Shown here one piece after another: positions 38,128 to 47,262 of a stretch of 64,000 bases of DNA. Position numbers and translations under genes: made by a program. The notes under the pieces are model-generated. The model worked only from the letters and a program-made list of their open reading frames with translations, was not told the DNA's origin and searched no databases. Source of the DNA: Candidatus Parcubacteria bacterium (GTDB lineage Bacteria > Patescibacteriota > Saccharimonadia > Saccharimonadales > 2-12-FULL-41-12); contig JAHWKM010000002.1 in assembly GCA_019347895.1 (NCBI GenBank), positions 8,565 through 72,564 on the forward strand, written 5' to 3'. The stretch's first letter is position 1, and each line of letters begins with the position of its first letter.

Positions 38128-38824
38128 TTGCAAGGCCGGGCCTTGCAAAATAAGAATTATGGTCTAATAATCTGCCAGGTCGTATTTTATTTCATCAAGC
38201 ATACTTTTGTGCTCTTCATAGTCATTCAAAAATTCTAAGTAGTCAGTATCCTCCATCATTTCCGCGATGCGATTAGGCAACAACCATTCCGCCTGTCTTT
38301 CGCCCAGATAATAAGGCAGGCTGGAAAACTCCCACTGCCTCCATTGCCGGGGGTTTAAGTGAATATATCGGGAAATATGCTGCAAATAACCTTCGTTCAG
38401 TATGTGGCTTGCCTTGTATCGGTCTTGGAACAGCGGTCCAACACGTGTATATTTTTTATTAAAATAGGTGCTATAAGAACTGATTACCGCCAGCATCAGC
38501 TCTGTCAGCGCGTTTTTATCGTGGATATAAATTAATAAATGATAATGGTTTGGCATTAAGCAAAAAGCCAAAAGCTCTATTCTGCCATTCATGTGTGAAT
38601 ATTCGCGGCCAGAATCATCTTTGGTAGGCTTTTTACTCAGGTATCGCTTGAAAAGATTCAGAAAAACAGCATAGTCCTGCTCGTCGATGAATATCTTCCT
38701 CTTCTCAACGCCGCGATTATATACATGATAGAAAGAATCATCCGCATAAATTTTCAATCTGTTTCTGCTTGGCATATATTTATATTACACAATATTTATC
38801 AATTTGCGAGGCCCGGCCTTGCAA
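38128..38824. mobile_element. RAYT gene flanked by inverted REP hairpins
   Basis: ttgcaaggccgggccttgcaa (38128-38148) and ttgcgaggcccggccttgcaa (38804-38824). Confidence 0.8.
38164..38775 (-). CDS. REP-associated tyrosine transposase (HUH Y1)
   Basis: YHVYNRG, FCLMPNHYHLL, GPLFQDRYK, YIHLNP, WEFSS. Confidence 0.92.
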   Translation of the reverse strand: MPSRNRLKIYADDSFYHVYNRGVEKRKIFIDEQDYAVFLNLFKRYLSKKPTKDDSGREYSHMNGRIELLAFCLMPNHYHLLIYIHDKNALTELMLAVISSYSTYFNKKYTRVGPLFQDRYKASHILNEGYLQHISRYIHLNPRQWRQWEFSSLPYYLGERQAEWLLPNRIAEMMEDTDYLEFLNDYEEHKSMLDEIKYDLADY

Positions 38825-38845
38825 ATGTGGTAGGATGAAGAAGGT

Positions 38846-39568
38846 ATGAGGAAGTTTGCGGTTTTTGATTTTGACGGGACGTTAGTCCGGTGGCAGCTTT
38901 ATCATGCTATTGTCGACCAGCTGGCTAAGGCTGGCTGGGTAGATGAAAAATCTTATCGAGATGTTAAGGACGCACGGCTAAGATGGAAAACCCGTGAGTC
39001 CCAAGATGCCTTTAAGGATTACGAGAAGCGCTTAATAGAATGTTACGAAAAGACTTTGCCCAAACTTACTGCAGATAAATTAGAATCAGCAATCAACAAA
39101 GTTTTTGACGAACACAAACAGCAAGTTTATGTTTATTCGCGAAACTTATTGAGTGAGCTGAAAGATAAAGGTTATTTCCTGATCGCTATTTCCGGCTCTC
39201 ATCGTGAAGTTGTTGAGCTAATTGCTAAACATTATGGTTTTGATGATTGGGTGGGCACGAAGTATGAGAAAATCGAGGGTAAATTTACCGGCAAATATCA
39301 GCTGGCTGCCGCCGAAAAAGACATAATTTTAAATAAATTAATACATGAACATGACTTAAAGTTGGAAGAAAGCATAGGTGTAGGCGACAGTGAAAGTGAC
39401 ATACCAATGCTGGAGCTAGTAGAAAACCCGATCGCCTTTAACCCTTCGGAAAAATTATTCAACCATGCAAAATCCAAAGGCTGGAAAATCGTCGTTGAGC
39501 GCAAAAACGTAGTTTACGAATTAGAAAATGTTGACAGAAACCAGAAAAATGTCTATCATTTGTCCTGA
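38846..39568 (+). CDS. HAD-IB family phosphatase (SerB-like)
   Basis: FDFDGTL, ISGS, GDSESDIPML..PIAFNP. Confidence 0.88.
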   Translation: MRKFAVFDFDGTLVRWQLYHAIVDQLAKAGWVDEKSYRDVKDARLRWKTRESQDAFKDYEKRLIECYEKTLPKLTADKLESAINKVFDEHKQQVYVYSRNLLSELKDKGYFLIAISGSHREVVELIAKHYGFDDWVGTKYEKIEGKFTGKYQLAAAEKDIILNKLIHEHDLKLEESIGVGDSESDIPMLELVENPIAFNPSEKLFNHAKSKGWKIVVERKNVVYELENVDRNQKNVYHLS

Positions 39569-39713
39569 TATGATTTCAACCATTCAGAAGCAGCTGGATT
39601 TACTCCTCCTCGGCCTTAACAGGCTGTGCTTCAAATTGGTTGAAGCTTCGCGTAACTACTAAATACGCCAAGCGCAGTCCAAACCAAGCAAGCTTCGACC
39701 GACGAAGCTTTTT
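39531..39713 (+). promoter_or_regulatory. Leu-rich leader-peptide attenuator (leader 39570-39662)
   Basis: TTGACA-17-TATCAT; MISTIQKQLDLLLLGLNRLCFKLVEASRNY; terminator aagcttcg-accga-cgaagctt-ttt. Confidence 0.7.
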
Positions 39714-39735
39714 AAATTTAAAAAGGAAATTATAT

Positions 39736-40014
39736 ATGTCAGTTACAGAACCAGGACCGGAAATAAAATTTGACAGCGGTTATGGCAACGAATACAGAGA
39801 TCACGGGCAAGCCCTTGCAGCTTGCACGACGGAAGCAGCAAGGAAGGAAAGAGACCTTGCTTTTGCGCACCAGCTTGCGGAGAGTATCGAAAGGATGGGT
39901 GAAGGCTCCCGCACAGTAGCAGACTGCAAGGTTTCCGTTGAAATGGCAGGTGAACGCGTGCAAATGACAGCCGGACAGTACGCGGCCTATCTGGCTGAGA
40001 TTTCTATGGGATAG
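39736..40014 (+). CDS. Hypothetical protein (92 aa)
   Basis: SD aagga; ATG 39736 just after the terminator. Confidence 0.7.
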   Translation: MSVTEPGPEIKFDSGYGNEYRDHGQALAACTTEAARKERDLAFAHQLAESIERMGEGSRTVADCKVSVEMAGERVQMTAGQYAAYLAEISMG

Positions 40015-40020
40015 TATTAT

Positions 40021-40160
40021 TTGACAATAAAAACCGAAAGTGAAACAATGACTGCCGTGAGAAAGCAGATAATTATTATTGGAATTATTGACTCTCCGCA
40101 TAGCGGCTAGCTTACGTATTCGACAAAGAATAATAGCTTCCGTCAAAAGCGGGAGTTTTT
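40021..40160 (+). promoter_or_regulatory. Ile-rich leader-peptide attenuator (leader 40057-40110)
   Basis: TTGACA-17-AACAAT-7-GTG; MRKQIIIIGIIDSPHSG; terminator cttccg-tcaaaag-cgggag-ttttt. Confidence 0.8.
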
Positions 40161-40179
40161 AATTGAAAAATTAAGAAAT

Positions 40180-40659
40180 ATGACATCAGCAGTTTTACTT
40201 CAAGAAAGCAAAGAGGAAAGACATGAAAAACCTCTTGAGAAGATAGGTAGCATCGATTTGATCCAACAAAGAGAATTTATGGGTGTATTCTTTGCGAAAT
40301 CGGCTGCTGACCACTATTTCAAACATCTCCCTAAAGATTCAAGTTCTCGTTTTCAAGAAACAGTTCTCGACCTATTTACTGCTGACCATGACGACCTTGA
40401 TCTCGGAGAAATAAGAGAGGCGTTTGTAGCTGGTTTGTGGGAACAAGGTTTCAAGCTTAAGGTAGTAAATGAGCAGTTATGCTATGCACCGGATAGAATA
40501 AATGGCGGCTTCACGCTGGAAATTAATCCTGTGGTAGTTTTCGATAGACTAGTTAGTGATGGTCTGAGCGCTTTAACAAATCCGTACGCAGCAGAAGAAT
40601 TAAGTGAGCTTTACGGACAAATAGAAAATTTTCAGCAACTTAATATTGACAATTTATAG
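40180..40659 (+). CDS. Hypothetical protein (159 aa)
   Basis: ORF downstream of Ile attenuator; no family recognised. Confidence 0.7.
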   Translation: MTSAVLLQESKEERHEKPLEKIGSIDLIQQREFMGVFFAKSAADHYFKHLPKDSSSRFQETVLDLFTADHDDLDLGEIREAFVAGLWEQGFKLKVVNEQLCYAPDRINGGFTLEINPVVVFDRLVSDGLSALTNPYAAEELSELYGQIENFQQLNIDNL

Positions 40660-40787
40660 AGCTAATGAGAGAATAAAATTCATGAGCAAGCAAATCATTG
40701 TGAATGTGATTATTCTCCCCGGCAATAGCGGGTAGATTTGCTTTTTTATTAAAACGCGAAACTCCCGCTAAATAAGCGGGAGTTTTT
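40646..40787 (+). promoter_or_regulatory. Ile/Val leader-peptide attenuator of ridA-ilvA (leader 40682-40735)
   Basis: TTGACA-17-GAGAAT-7-ATG; MSKQIIVNVIILPGNSG; terminator aaactcccgct-aaata-agcgggagttttt. Confidence 0.88.
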
Positions 40788-40826
40788 AATTTAAGGAGAT
40801 AACCGTGTACTCACAGGTGTTGGAGT

Positions 40827-41201
40827 ATGAGTGCCTTCGGACCATATTCTGCCATTAGGCAGGCGGGTGATTTATATTTTGTTTCAGGACAGGTTGGCGT
40901 TGATTCGGATAGCAAAGAATCTTCTGGATCGATAGAAGAACAAACTCGTCAAGCGCTTAAAAACCTCAAAAACGTGCTTGAAAGCGCCGGTTTGTCGCTT
41001 GGGAATGTGGTCAAAACGACGGTATTTCTGCGAAATATGGATGACTTTGAGTCTGTAAATGAAATTTATTCATCCTATTTCGCCGGGATACCGCCAGCCC
41101 GGTCCTGTGTGGCTGTTTCTGAATTACCGAAAGTCAGTAACAATACAATTTTAATCGAAATAGAAGCGGTGGCCTACAAGAAAAATGGACATAGCTCTTA
41201 A
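40827..41201 (+). CDS. ridA: RidA family enamine/imine deaminase
   Basis: GPYS, VSGQV, VVKTTVFL, PPARSCV, IEIEAVA. Confidence 0.93.
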   Translation: MSAFGPYSAIRQAGDLYFVSGQVGVDSDSKESSGSIEEQTRQALKNLKNVLESAGLSLGNVVKTTVFLRNMDDFESVNEIYSSYFAGIPPARSCVAVSELPKVSNNTILIEIEAVAYKKNGHSS

Positions 41202-42681
41202 GGACACATTGCTGGCAAAAGTTTATGATGTGGCCATTGAGTCGCCGTTGGAACATGCCCCAAAATTATCCGAGGTCATGGATAATAATGTTTATCTAAA
41301 ACGCGAAGACTTGCAGCCGGTTAAGTCATTTAAGCTGCGCGGCGCGTACAATAAAATTGCTCACTTGTCGGAGTCGGAAAAGAAAAAAGGAATCATTTGC
41401 TCCAGCGCAGGCAACCATGCGCAGGGCGTGGCGCTAAGCGCTAAAAAACTCGGTATCGACGCGTTGATAGTCATGCCAAGTACGACGCCGGATATCAAGA
41501 TAGAAGCCGTCAAAAGCTACGGGGTTAGCGTAGAGCTTTACGGCAACAGCTATTCAGAAACTTCCGCCCGCTTACAAAAACTAACTAAGGAAACCGGGCG
41601 GATTTTAATCCACCCGTTTGACGATCCGCTGGTAATCGCAGGCCAGGGCACCGTAGCCCGTGAAATTTTAGAACAGCTGCCTAATGTGGATTATATCTTT
41701 GTACCGATTGGCGGTGGCGGTTTAATAGCCGGAGTTGCCCAATATATTAAATTGATCGAACCAAGTATCAAAATAATAGGCGTAGAATCAACCGACAGCA
41801 ATTCCATGGAATTATCGCTTAAAGCTAAAAAACGGGTGGAGTTAGAGCACGTAGGTATTTTTGCCGACGGGGTGGCCGTAAAGCAAGTTGGTAAAAATAC
41901 CTTCAAAATAGCTAGTAAATTCGTTGACGAAGTAATGACCGTCTCGACCGACCAGACATGTGCCGCTATTAAAAGCATCTTTGAGCAAACTCGCGGCATT
42001 GTCGAACCTGCCGGCGCCCTTGGTCTAGCCGGACTTGAAAACTACGTTAAGCGCAACAATCTAAAAGATAAAAATATGGTAGCGATTTGCTCAGGCGCCA
42101 ATATGAGTTTTGAAAGATTGCAGTTTATAGCCGAAAGAACATTGGTAGGTTCAGGCCGGGAAGCACTGTTTTGTGTGACAATGCCTGAAAAACCGGGCGC
42201 GCTGCAGATTTTTTGCGACAAGGTCGTCAACGGCTATAGCATCACCGAATTTAATTACAGGCTAAACAAACGCAAGGAAGCTAATATTTTCGCGGGAATT
42301 AAGGTCGGAGACGAAAGTCATAAGTCAGCTTTCATGAAACAGATGGAAAAGTACGGCTATAAATACATAGACCTGAGCGATGACGAGCTCGCCAAAGACC
42401 ATGTGCGCCACATGATAGGCGGGCCAAGCGAGGCGGCAAAAAATGAAGTCTTATATGAAATAATCTTCCCTGAAAAACCGGGCGCATTGGCTGGTTTTTT
42501 AAAAAACCTGGGAGCCTTTTCCAATATAAGTCTGTTTCATTACCGCGGCGTCGGGGCTGACGTCGGCAAGGTCTTAGTGGGCTTTGAAACAACAGATATC
42601 GAGAGCTTAGAGAATATATTTATAAAAAGTAAGATAGATTTTTCTAGAGTTAAGTCCGCCAGCGCTGGTGTTTTCCTGTAA
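41185..42681 (+). CDS. ilvA: Threonine ammonia-lyase, biosynthetic
   Basis: KREDLQPVKSFKLRGAYN, SAGNHAQG, GGGGL, two regulatory repeats (PEKPGAL). Confidence 0.97.
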   Translation: MDIALKDTLLAKVYDVAIESPLEHAPKLSEVMDNNVYLKREDLQPVKSFKLRGAYNKIAHLSESEKKKGIICSSAGNHAQGVALSAKKLGIDALIVMPSTTPDIKIEAVKSYGVSVELYGNSYSETSARLQKLTKETGRILIHPFDDPLVIAGQGTVAREILEQLPNVDYIFVPIGGGGLIAGVAQYIKLIEPSIKIIGVESTDSNSMELSLKAKKRVELEHVGIFADGVAVKQVGKNTFKIASKFVDEVMTVSTDQTCAAIKSIFEQTRGIVEPAGALGLAGLENYVKRNNLKDKNMVAICSGANMSFERLQFIAERTLVGSGREALFCVTMPEKPGALQIFCDKVVNGYSITEFNYRLNKRKEANIFAGIKVGDESHKSAFMKQMEKYGYKYIDLSDDELAKDHVRHMIGGPSEAAKNEVLYEIIFPEKPGALAGFLKNLGAFSNISLFHYRGVGADVGKVLVGFETTDIESLENIFIKSKIDFSRVKSASAGVFL

Positions 42682-42693
42682 TATAAGTAAGGA

Positions 42694-43779
42694 ATGATTA
42701 AAACTGAAGAAGACTACTTGAAGGATTTAGTGGGGTTTGCTTCGGTTTCAGGGGATATCAGTGAGTCTAAAAAATGTGCTCAATACTGCGCCAACTTCTT
42801 TGAAGATAAAGGACTGCTAACCCATATTTTAGAATACGAAGGTTATCCAAGCATTATTGCGACGACTAAAAATACAAAACAACCCAAGATACTTTTATAT
42901 TGCCACCTCGATATTGTACCCGGCAAACCCGAGCTCTTTATAATGAAAAAAACTGACGGAAAACTAAAGGGCCGCGGCGTTTTTGATATGAAGTTCGCTT
43001 GTGCCAGCTATATGAAAATTATCGACAGGCTGGGTAGTGAAGTGAAGAATTATGATTTTGGCGTTATGCTGGTTTTTGATGAAGAAATTGGCGGCCATAA
43101 CGGAACTGAAGCTTTGCTTAATAATGGCTTTGGCTGCAAAGCGTGCATCCTGCCGGACTCTGGACAGGATTGGAATATAGAATGCAATGCCAAAGGCGCT
43201 TGGTTTTTGCGCGTTTCTAAAGCTGGCAAAAATGCCCACGCGTCCGTCCCGTTTGAAGGAATCAACGCGGCAGAATTATTACTTCCCGTGGTTAGTAAAA
43301 TTCTAGAGCTCAGAGACAGCTATAAATACGAAGATCTATCACTCAACCTTACAAAAAATTTTTCGGGAGCGGCCATGAACCAAATCCCTGATTACGCGGA
43401 AGTAATTTTCGACATTCGATATAGGGATGAGTCGATATTAAAACAAATTCGCCGGCAGATTGGTCAAATTTGCACCGAAAATGACGCAAAGCTCGAAACA
43501 GTTGAGATAGGCAAGTGCATGAATGTGGATAAGGACAATGAGTACGTAAAAAAGTTTATACCTATTGCCGAAAAAGTTCTAGGCAGAAAAATAAAGCACG
43601 CTGACTCAGCCGGGTCAACCGACGGCAGGTATTTTGGAAGCAAAGGGATACCCTGTATAGTGATCCAGCCCAGGGGCGGAAACAGACACGGCGACGATGA
43701 ATGGATTGAGACAGGCGGAATGGAAAAACTTACGGAGATGATCTTGCAATTTATTAAACAATATGCAAAAATAAGCTAG
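42694..43779 (+). CDS. M20 family metallo-hydrolase (DapE/ArgE-like)
   Basis: CHLDIVP, GRGVFDMK, DEEIGG, AHAS, GSTDGR, H..DEW. Confidence 0.88.
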   Translation: MIKTEEDYLKDLVGFASVSGDISESKKCAQYCANFFEDKGLLTHILEYEGYPSIIATTKNTKQPKILLYCHLDIVPGKPELFIMKKTDGKLKGRGVFDMKFACASYMKIIDRLGSEVKNYDFGVMLVFDEEIGGHNGTEALLNNGFGCKACILPDSGQDWNIECNAKGAWFLRVSKAGKNAHASVPFEGINAAELLLPVVSKILELRDSYKYEDLSLNLTKNFSGAAMNQIPDYAEVIFDIRYRDESILKQIRRQIGQICTENDAKLETVEIGKCMNVDKDNEYVKKFIPIAEKVLGRKIKHADSAGSTDGRYFGSKGIPCIVIQPRGGNRHGDDEWIETGGMEKLTEMILQFIKQYAKIS

Positions 43780-43781
43780 TA

Positions 43782-43914
43782 ATGATGCGCGTACTCCAAT
43801 TTTGGTTTAGCAACTATACTTTTGCCCGCCGGGCAGCAGTTGCTTAAGCATGCGTTTTTAAATAAAGAAAAACAAAAAAGCAAACAGCGCTCGGTAAATA
43901 TGCCGGGCGTTTTT
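43782..43914 (+). promoter_or_regulatory. Aromatic amino-acid leader-peptide attenuator (leader 43782-43847)
   Basis: MMRVLQFWFSNYTFARRAAVA (3 Phe, 1 Trp, 1 Tyr); terminator gcgctcgg-taaatatg-ccgggcgt-tttt; upstream of DAHP synthase. Confidence 0.85.
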
Positions 43915-43939
43915 AATTTAAGGCTAAAAAGGATATTAA

Positions 43940-45070
43940 ATGATGGCGGTAACAAGCGAAAGAAAATTAAGAAATGAGCTAAAATCGACTAGCGATAATG
44001 TACAATCAATAAAGTTAAATATGAAGCAACGAATACTTACTGACAGCCGAGTGGAAAACATATTGCCGCTCAGCAGTCCAAACCAAATTATTGGCGAGAT
44101 ACCGCAGTCGGAGCAGTCCGCTCAAACGGTCATAGAGGGCCGGGATGCTATAAAAGAAATTATTTACGGCAACAGTAAGCGCCTGTTGGTTATTGTCGGG
44201 CCTTGCTCCATCCATGATGAGCAAGCTGCTTTGGAATATGCGCAGTGGCTAAGCGCACAAAAGACGAAGTATGCCGGCGAGCTGGAGCTGGTAATGCGGA
44301 CTTACCTGGAAAAACCCCGGACTACTATCGGCTGGAAGGGCATAATAAACGACCCGCATTTAGACGATAGTTTTGACATGGAAACCGGTCTTCGTCTCTC
44401 CAGGCGGCTGCTGCATAAAATCACAGAGATAGGTGTGCCTGTTTCAACCGAACTTTTAGATCTTAGAACGCCGCAATACACGGCTGATTTGGTTTCGTGG
44501 GGCGCAATCGGGGCGCGCACCATAGAAAGCCAGCTGCACCGCGAGCTAGCCTCCGGGGTGTCATTTCCAATTGGTTTTAAGAATGGTACCAGCGGTGATA
44601 TCCAGACGGCTATTGACGCCATGGGTTCGGCTGAGACAAAACATAGTTTCATTGGGATAGATATGGACGGGCAAACGGCGGTTATAAAAACTAAGGGCAA
44701 CCGCGACACGCATTTAATACTGCGCGGCGGCAAAAACAAGCCAAATTATGACAATGCCAGCGTAGCCAGCGCCGTGGAAATGCTTAATACCGCCGGACAA
44801 AAACCGAGAGTCATGATAGATTGTTCGCACGGCAATTCAGGCAAAGATTACAAAAAACAACCAGATGTAGCCCAAAACATTGCTGAGCAAATTAAAAACG
44901 GCAACTCTAATATCTGCGGCGTAATGATTGAAAGCAACCTGGTAGAAGGCAATCAGAAAATGGGCGGGAAGCTGGTTTACGGCCAAAGCATCACCGATGC
45001 CTGCGCCGGCTTAGATTCAAGCGAACAAATGCTACAGATCCTGGTAAACTCTATAAAATCCCGCCGCTAA
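43940..45070 (+). CDS. aroG: DAHP synthase, class I-alpha (AroF/G/H type)
   Basis: VGPCSIHD, EKPRTTIGWKG, GAIGART, GFKNGT, DCSHGNS, YGQSITDAC; start 43940 or 44021. Confidence 0.93.
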   Translation: MMAVTSERKLRNELKSTSDNVQSIKLNMKQRILTDSRVENILPLSSPNQIIGEIPQSEQSAQTVIEGRDAIKEIIYGNSKRLLVIVGPCSIHDEQAALEYAQWLSAQKTKYAGELELVMRTYLEKPRTTIGWKGIINDPHLDDSFDMETGLRLSRRLLHKITEIGVPVSTELLDLRTPQYTADLVSWGAIGARTIESQLHRELASGVSFPIGFKNGTSGDIQTAIDAMGSAETKHSFIGIDMDGQTAVIKTKGNRDTHLILRGGKNKPNYDNASVASAVEMLNTAGQKPRVMIDCSHGNSGKDYKKQPDVAQNIAEQIKNGNSNICGVMIESNLVEGNQKMGGKLVYGQSITDACAGLDSSEQMLQILVNSIKSRR

Positions 45071-45103
45071 ATCCCAGCCAATAAGAACTAAAAATATAAT
45101 TAC

Positions 45104-45141
45104 TGTTCCGTTTTATGGCCGATCGGACACAAAACGGAACA
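45104..45141. repeat. CCGATCGGACA palindrome copy 4
   Basis: tgttccgttttatggccgatcggacacaaaacggaaca. Confidence 0.75.
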
Positions 45142-45230
45142 AATTTCTATATTTTGATTGCTCAATATTGCTCCAAACTGAGAGGTGGAGTGTTTCGGAG
45201 AAACTCAGCATTTGAACTATAATGGTTTGT

Positions 45231-46169
45231 ATGGATAAAAAGGGTATAAACAAAGGTATCAATAAAGACGAGTTCACAATTGCCGAACATCGCTTTAAAA
45301 CAAATGACGGCATACATAAACTTTATGTCCAAGAATGGGGCAACCCTGACGGGACTCCTATACTTTTTCTTCATGGAGGCCCTGGTTCAAGATGCAGCGA
45401 TAGGCATAAAATTCCCTATAATCCCAAAAAACATTATGTAATTTTCTTCGATCAGCGTGGCTGCGGACAAAGCCAGCCAAATGCTTCACTAAAGCATAAC
45501 GAGACTAACTATCTGATTGAAGATATGGAGTTGATTAGAAATAAACTAAAACTAAAGTCGTTCTCTATCAATGGCGGTTCTTGGGGCTCGACGCTAGGGC
45601 TTTGTTATGCCATCGCTCATCCAGACCGAGTCATAAGCATGGTGTTAAATGGAGTTTTTCTGGCTACAAAAGCCGAGATAGAATGGTTTGAGCGTGGCGG
45701 TTATAAGCAATTCTTCCCTGAAGTATTTGAATTCTTGGCAACAGGCGTGCCTGATAGCCATTTAAACAATCCCGGTGCATATCACCGCCAGAAATTTATT
45801 ACTGAAGGGAGAAAAGAATCTGCTTACCGCTATAGCGAAGCTGAGCTTAAAGTTCTAAGGCTAAATAACCAATATATTCCGCCGCCATATAGCAATGAAT
45901 ATGATACTACTTATGGTACTCTCATCACTCATTACATGGATAAGGCTTGTTTTATTAAAGAAAATTATATTCTAAAAAATGCCTCAAAATTAACTATGCC
46001 AGTGCATATAGTTCATGGACGCTATGACATGGTTTGCCAACCTATAAACGCCTATAATCTTCATAAAAAACTACCCGAAAGCAATATTTACTGGACTATG
46101 GCCGGGCATGCAGGATCAGACCGCTCGAACTTTGACGTCTTAAGTACGATATATCAATTAATTTATTAA
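45231..46169 (+). CDS. pip: Proline iminopeptidase
   Basis: LHGGPGS, FDQRGCG, GGSWGSTL, HGRYDMVC, AGH; TATAAT-7nt-ATG 45231. Confidence 0.9.
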   Translation: MDKKGINKGINKDEFTIAEHRFKTNDGIHKLYVQEWGNPDGTPILFLHGGPGSRCSDRHKIPYNPKKHYVIFFDQRGCGQSQPNASLKHNETNYLIEDMELIRNKLKLKSFSINGGSWGSTLGLCYAIAHPDRVISMVLNGVFLATKAEIEWFERGGYKQFFPEVFEFLATGVPDSHLNNPGAYHRQKFITEGRKESAYRYSEAELKVLRLNNQYIPPPYSNEYDTTYGTLITHYMDKACFIKENYILKNASKLTMPVHIVHGRYDMVCQPINAYNLHKKLPESNIYWTMAGHAGSDRSNFDVLSTIYQLIY

Positions 46170-46171
46170 TT

Positions 46172-46942
46172 ATGCTGCAAAAACAAGATCCAAACAAGCC
46201 GCTGTTTGAAGATTTACTTTGGAGTAAGCCGGAGAATAAAAAGTCGGCCGGGAAGCTGCTCATTATCGGCGGTCAGGCTGGCGATTTTATAAATGTTTCA
46301 TCCGCCTATTCATTCGCTAAAGAAGCGGGGGCGGGCACCATCCGGCTAATTTTGCCTGATAGTTTAAAGAAAATAGCCAGAAATATAGAGGGCGTGGAAT
46401 TCGCGCCATCAAATAGCTCGGGAAGTTTTGCTAAATCCGCCTTGGCTAGTTTTTTTGATTTGAGCGAGTGGTCAGACCACGTACTTTTGGCCGGAGACTT
46501 AGGCAAAAATGCCGAGACAACCATTATCTTAGACGGCTTTTTGCTGCGGGGTTCAAGGCCTACTACACTGTCGCAACATATTCTGGAGTCAATAGGTATA
46601 AGTTTTGGCCAGTTGGTAAATATGCCTCTCAATTTAGTAATAGAGCGTAAAATTTTTCAAAAAATTGCTGCGGCAACTGGCAGCCATGTTCCCCTAACTT
46701 CGCTAACTACATACGCGCAAATGGGAGAAATAATAGAAACTATCTCCGCCAAAACTAAAGCCAGCTACACAATTGTTGACGAAGATCACATCTGGTGCGC
46801 GCTAAACGGAGAAGTAATAAGCACCCAAACTAAGCCGGTTGATATTAACGGCTTAAGCGCCTACAGTGCCGTCTGGCTGATGCAAAATCCTAGCAAACCT
46901 TTGGAAGCTCTTGCCGCTGCTGTCTATGAATCAAGAAGGTAG
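46172..46942 (+). CDS. YjeF-C / NAD(P)H-hydrate dehydratase-like protein
   Basis: KPENKKSAGKLLIIGG...AGAG; divergent C-terminus. Confidence 0.7.
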   Translation: MLQKQDPNKPLFEDLLWSKPENKKSAGKLLIIGGQAGDFINVSSAYSFAKEAGAGTIRLILPDSLKKIARNIEGVEFAPSNSSGSFAKSALASFFDLSEWSDHVLLAGDLGKNAETTIILDGFLLRGSRPTTLSQHILESIGISFGQLVNMPLNLVIERKIFQKIAAATGSHVPLTSLTTYAQMGEIIETISAKTKASYTIVDEDHIWCALNGEVISTQTKPVDINGLSAYSAVWLMQNPSKPLEALAAAVYESRR

Positions 46943-47173
46943 TGGTGCCGGGAGGGAGAATCGAACTGTCCCCCACAGCTTTACAGCGGCGGCGGAAGTC
47001 GTTTCATATTCCGAAAGATGGTGCCGCAGGTCGGAGTCGAACCGACACGCTATTGCTAGCACGGGATTTTGAGTCCCGCATGTCTACCAATTCCATCACT
47101 GCGGCTAAATCTATAGCGTCTACCCCTCCTTCGCTTTAGGCTGCGGAGGGCAGGCAGTTCCCCCATCACCGGC
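46943..47173 (-). pseudogene. Degenerate tRNA-Leu halves enclosing the intact tRNA-Leu
   Basis: 5' half gccggtgatgggggaactg[REP-like insert]gtagacgctatagatttag; 3' half gttcgattctccctcccggcacca. Confidence 0.65.
47019..47105 (-). tRNA. tRNA-Leu(CAA)
   Basis: GCCGCAG/CTGCGGC acceptor, cggga-ctcaaaa-tcccg anticodon arm, GTTCGACTC, CCA. Confidence 0.97.
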
Positions 47174-47262
47174 AAGAGATTGTAATAAAATTGTACCACG
47201 CCCACGAGAAGTAATTTTAGGATATAATATAGTAAGCTTATATCACAAGCGGTTATTTTTAT

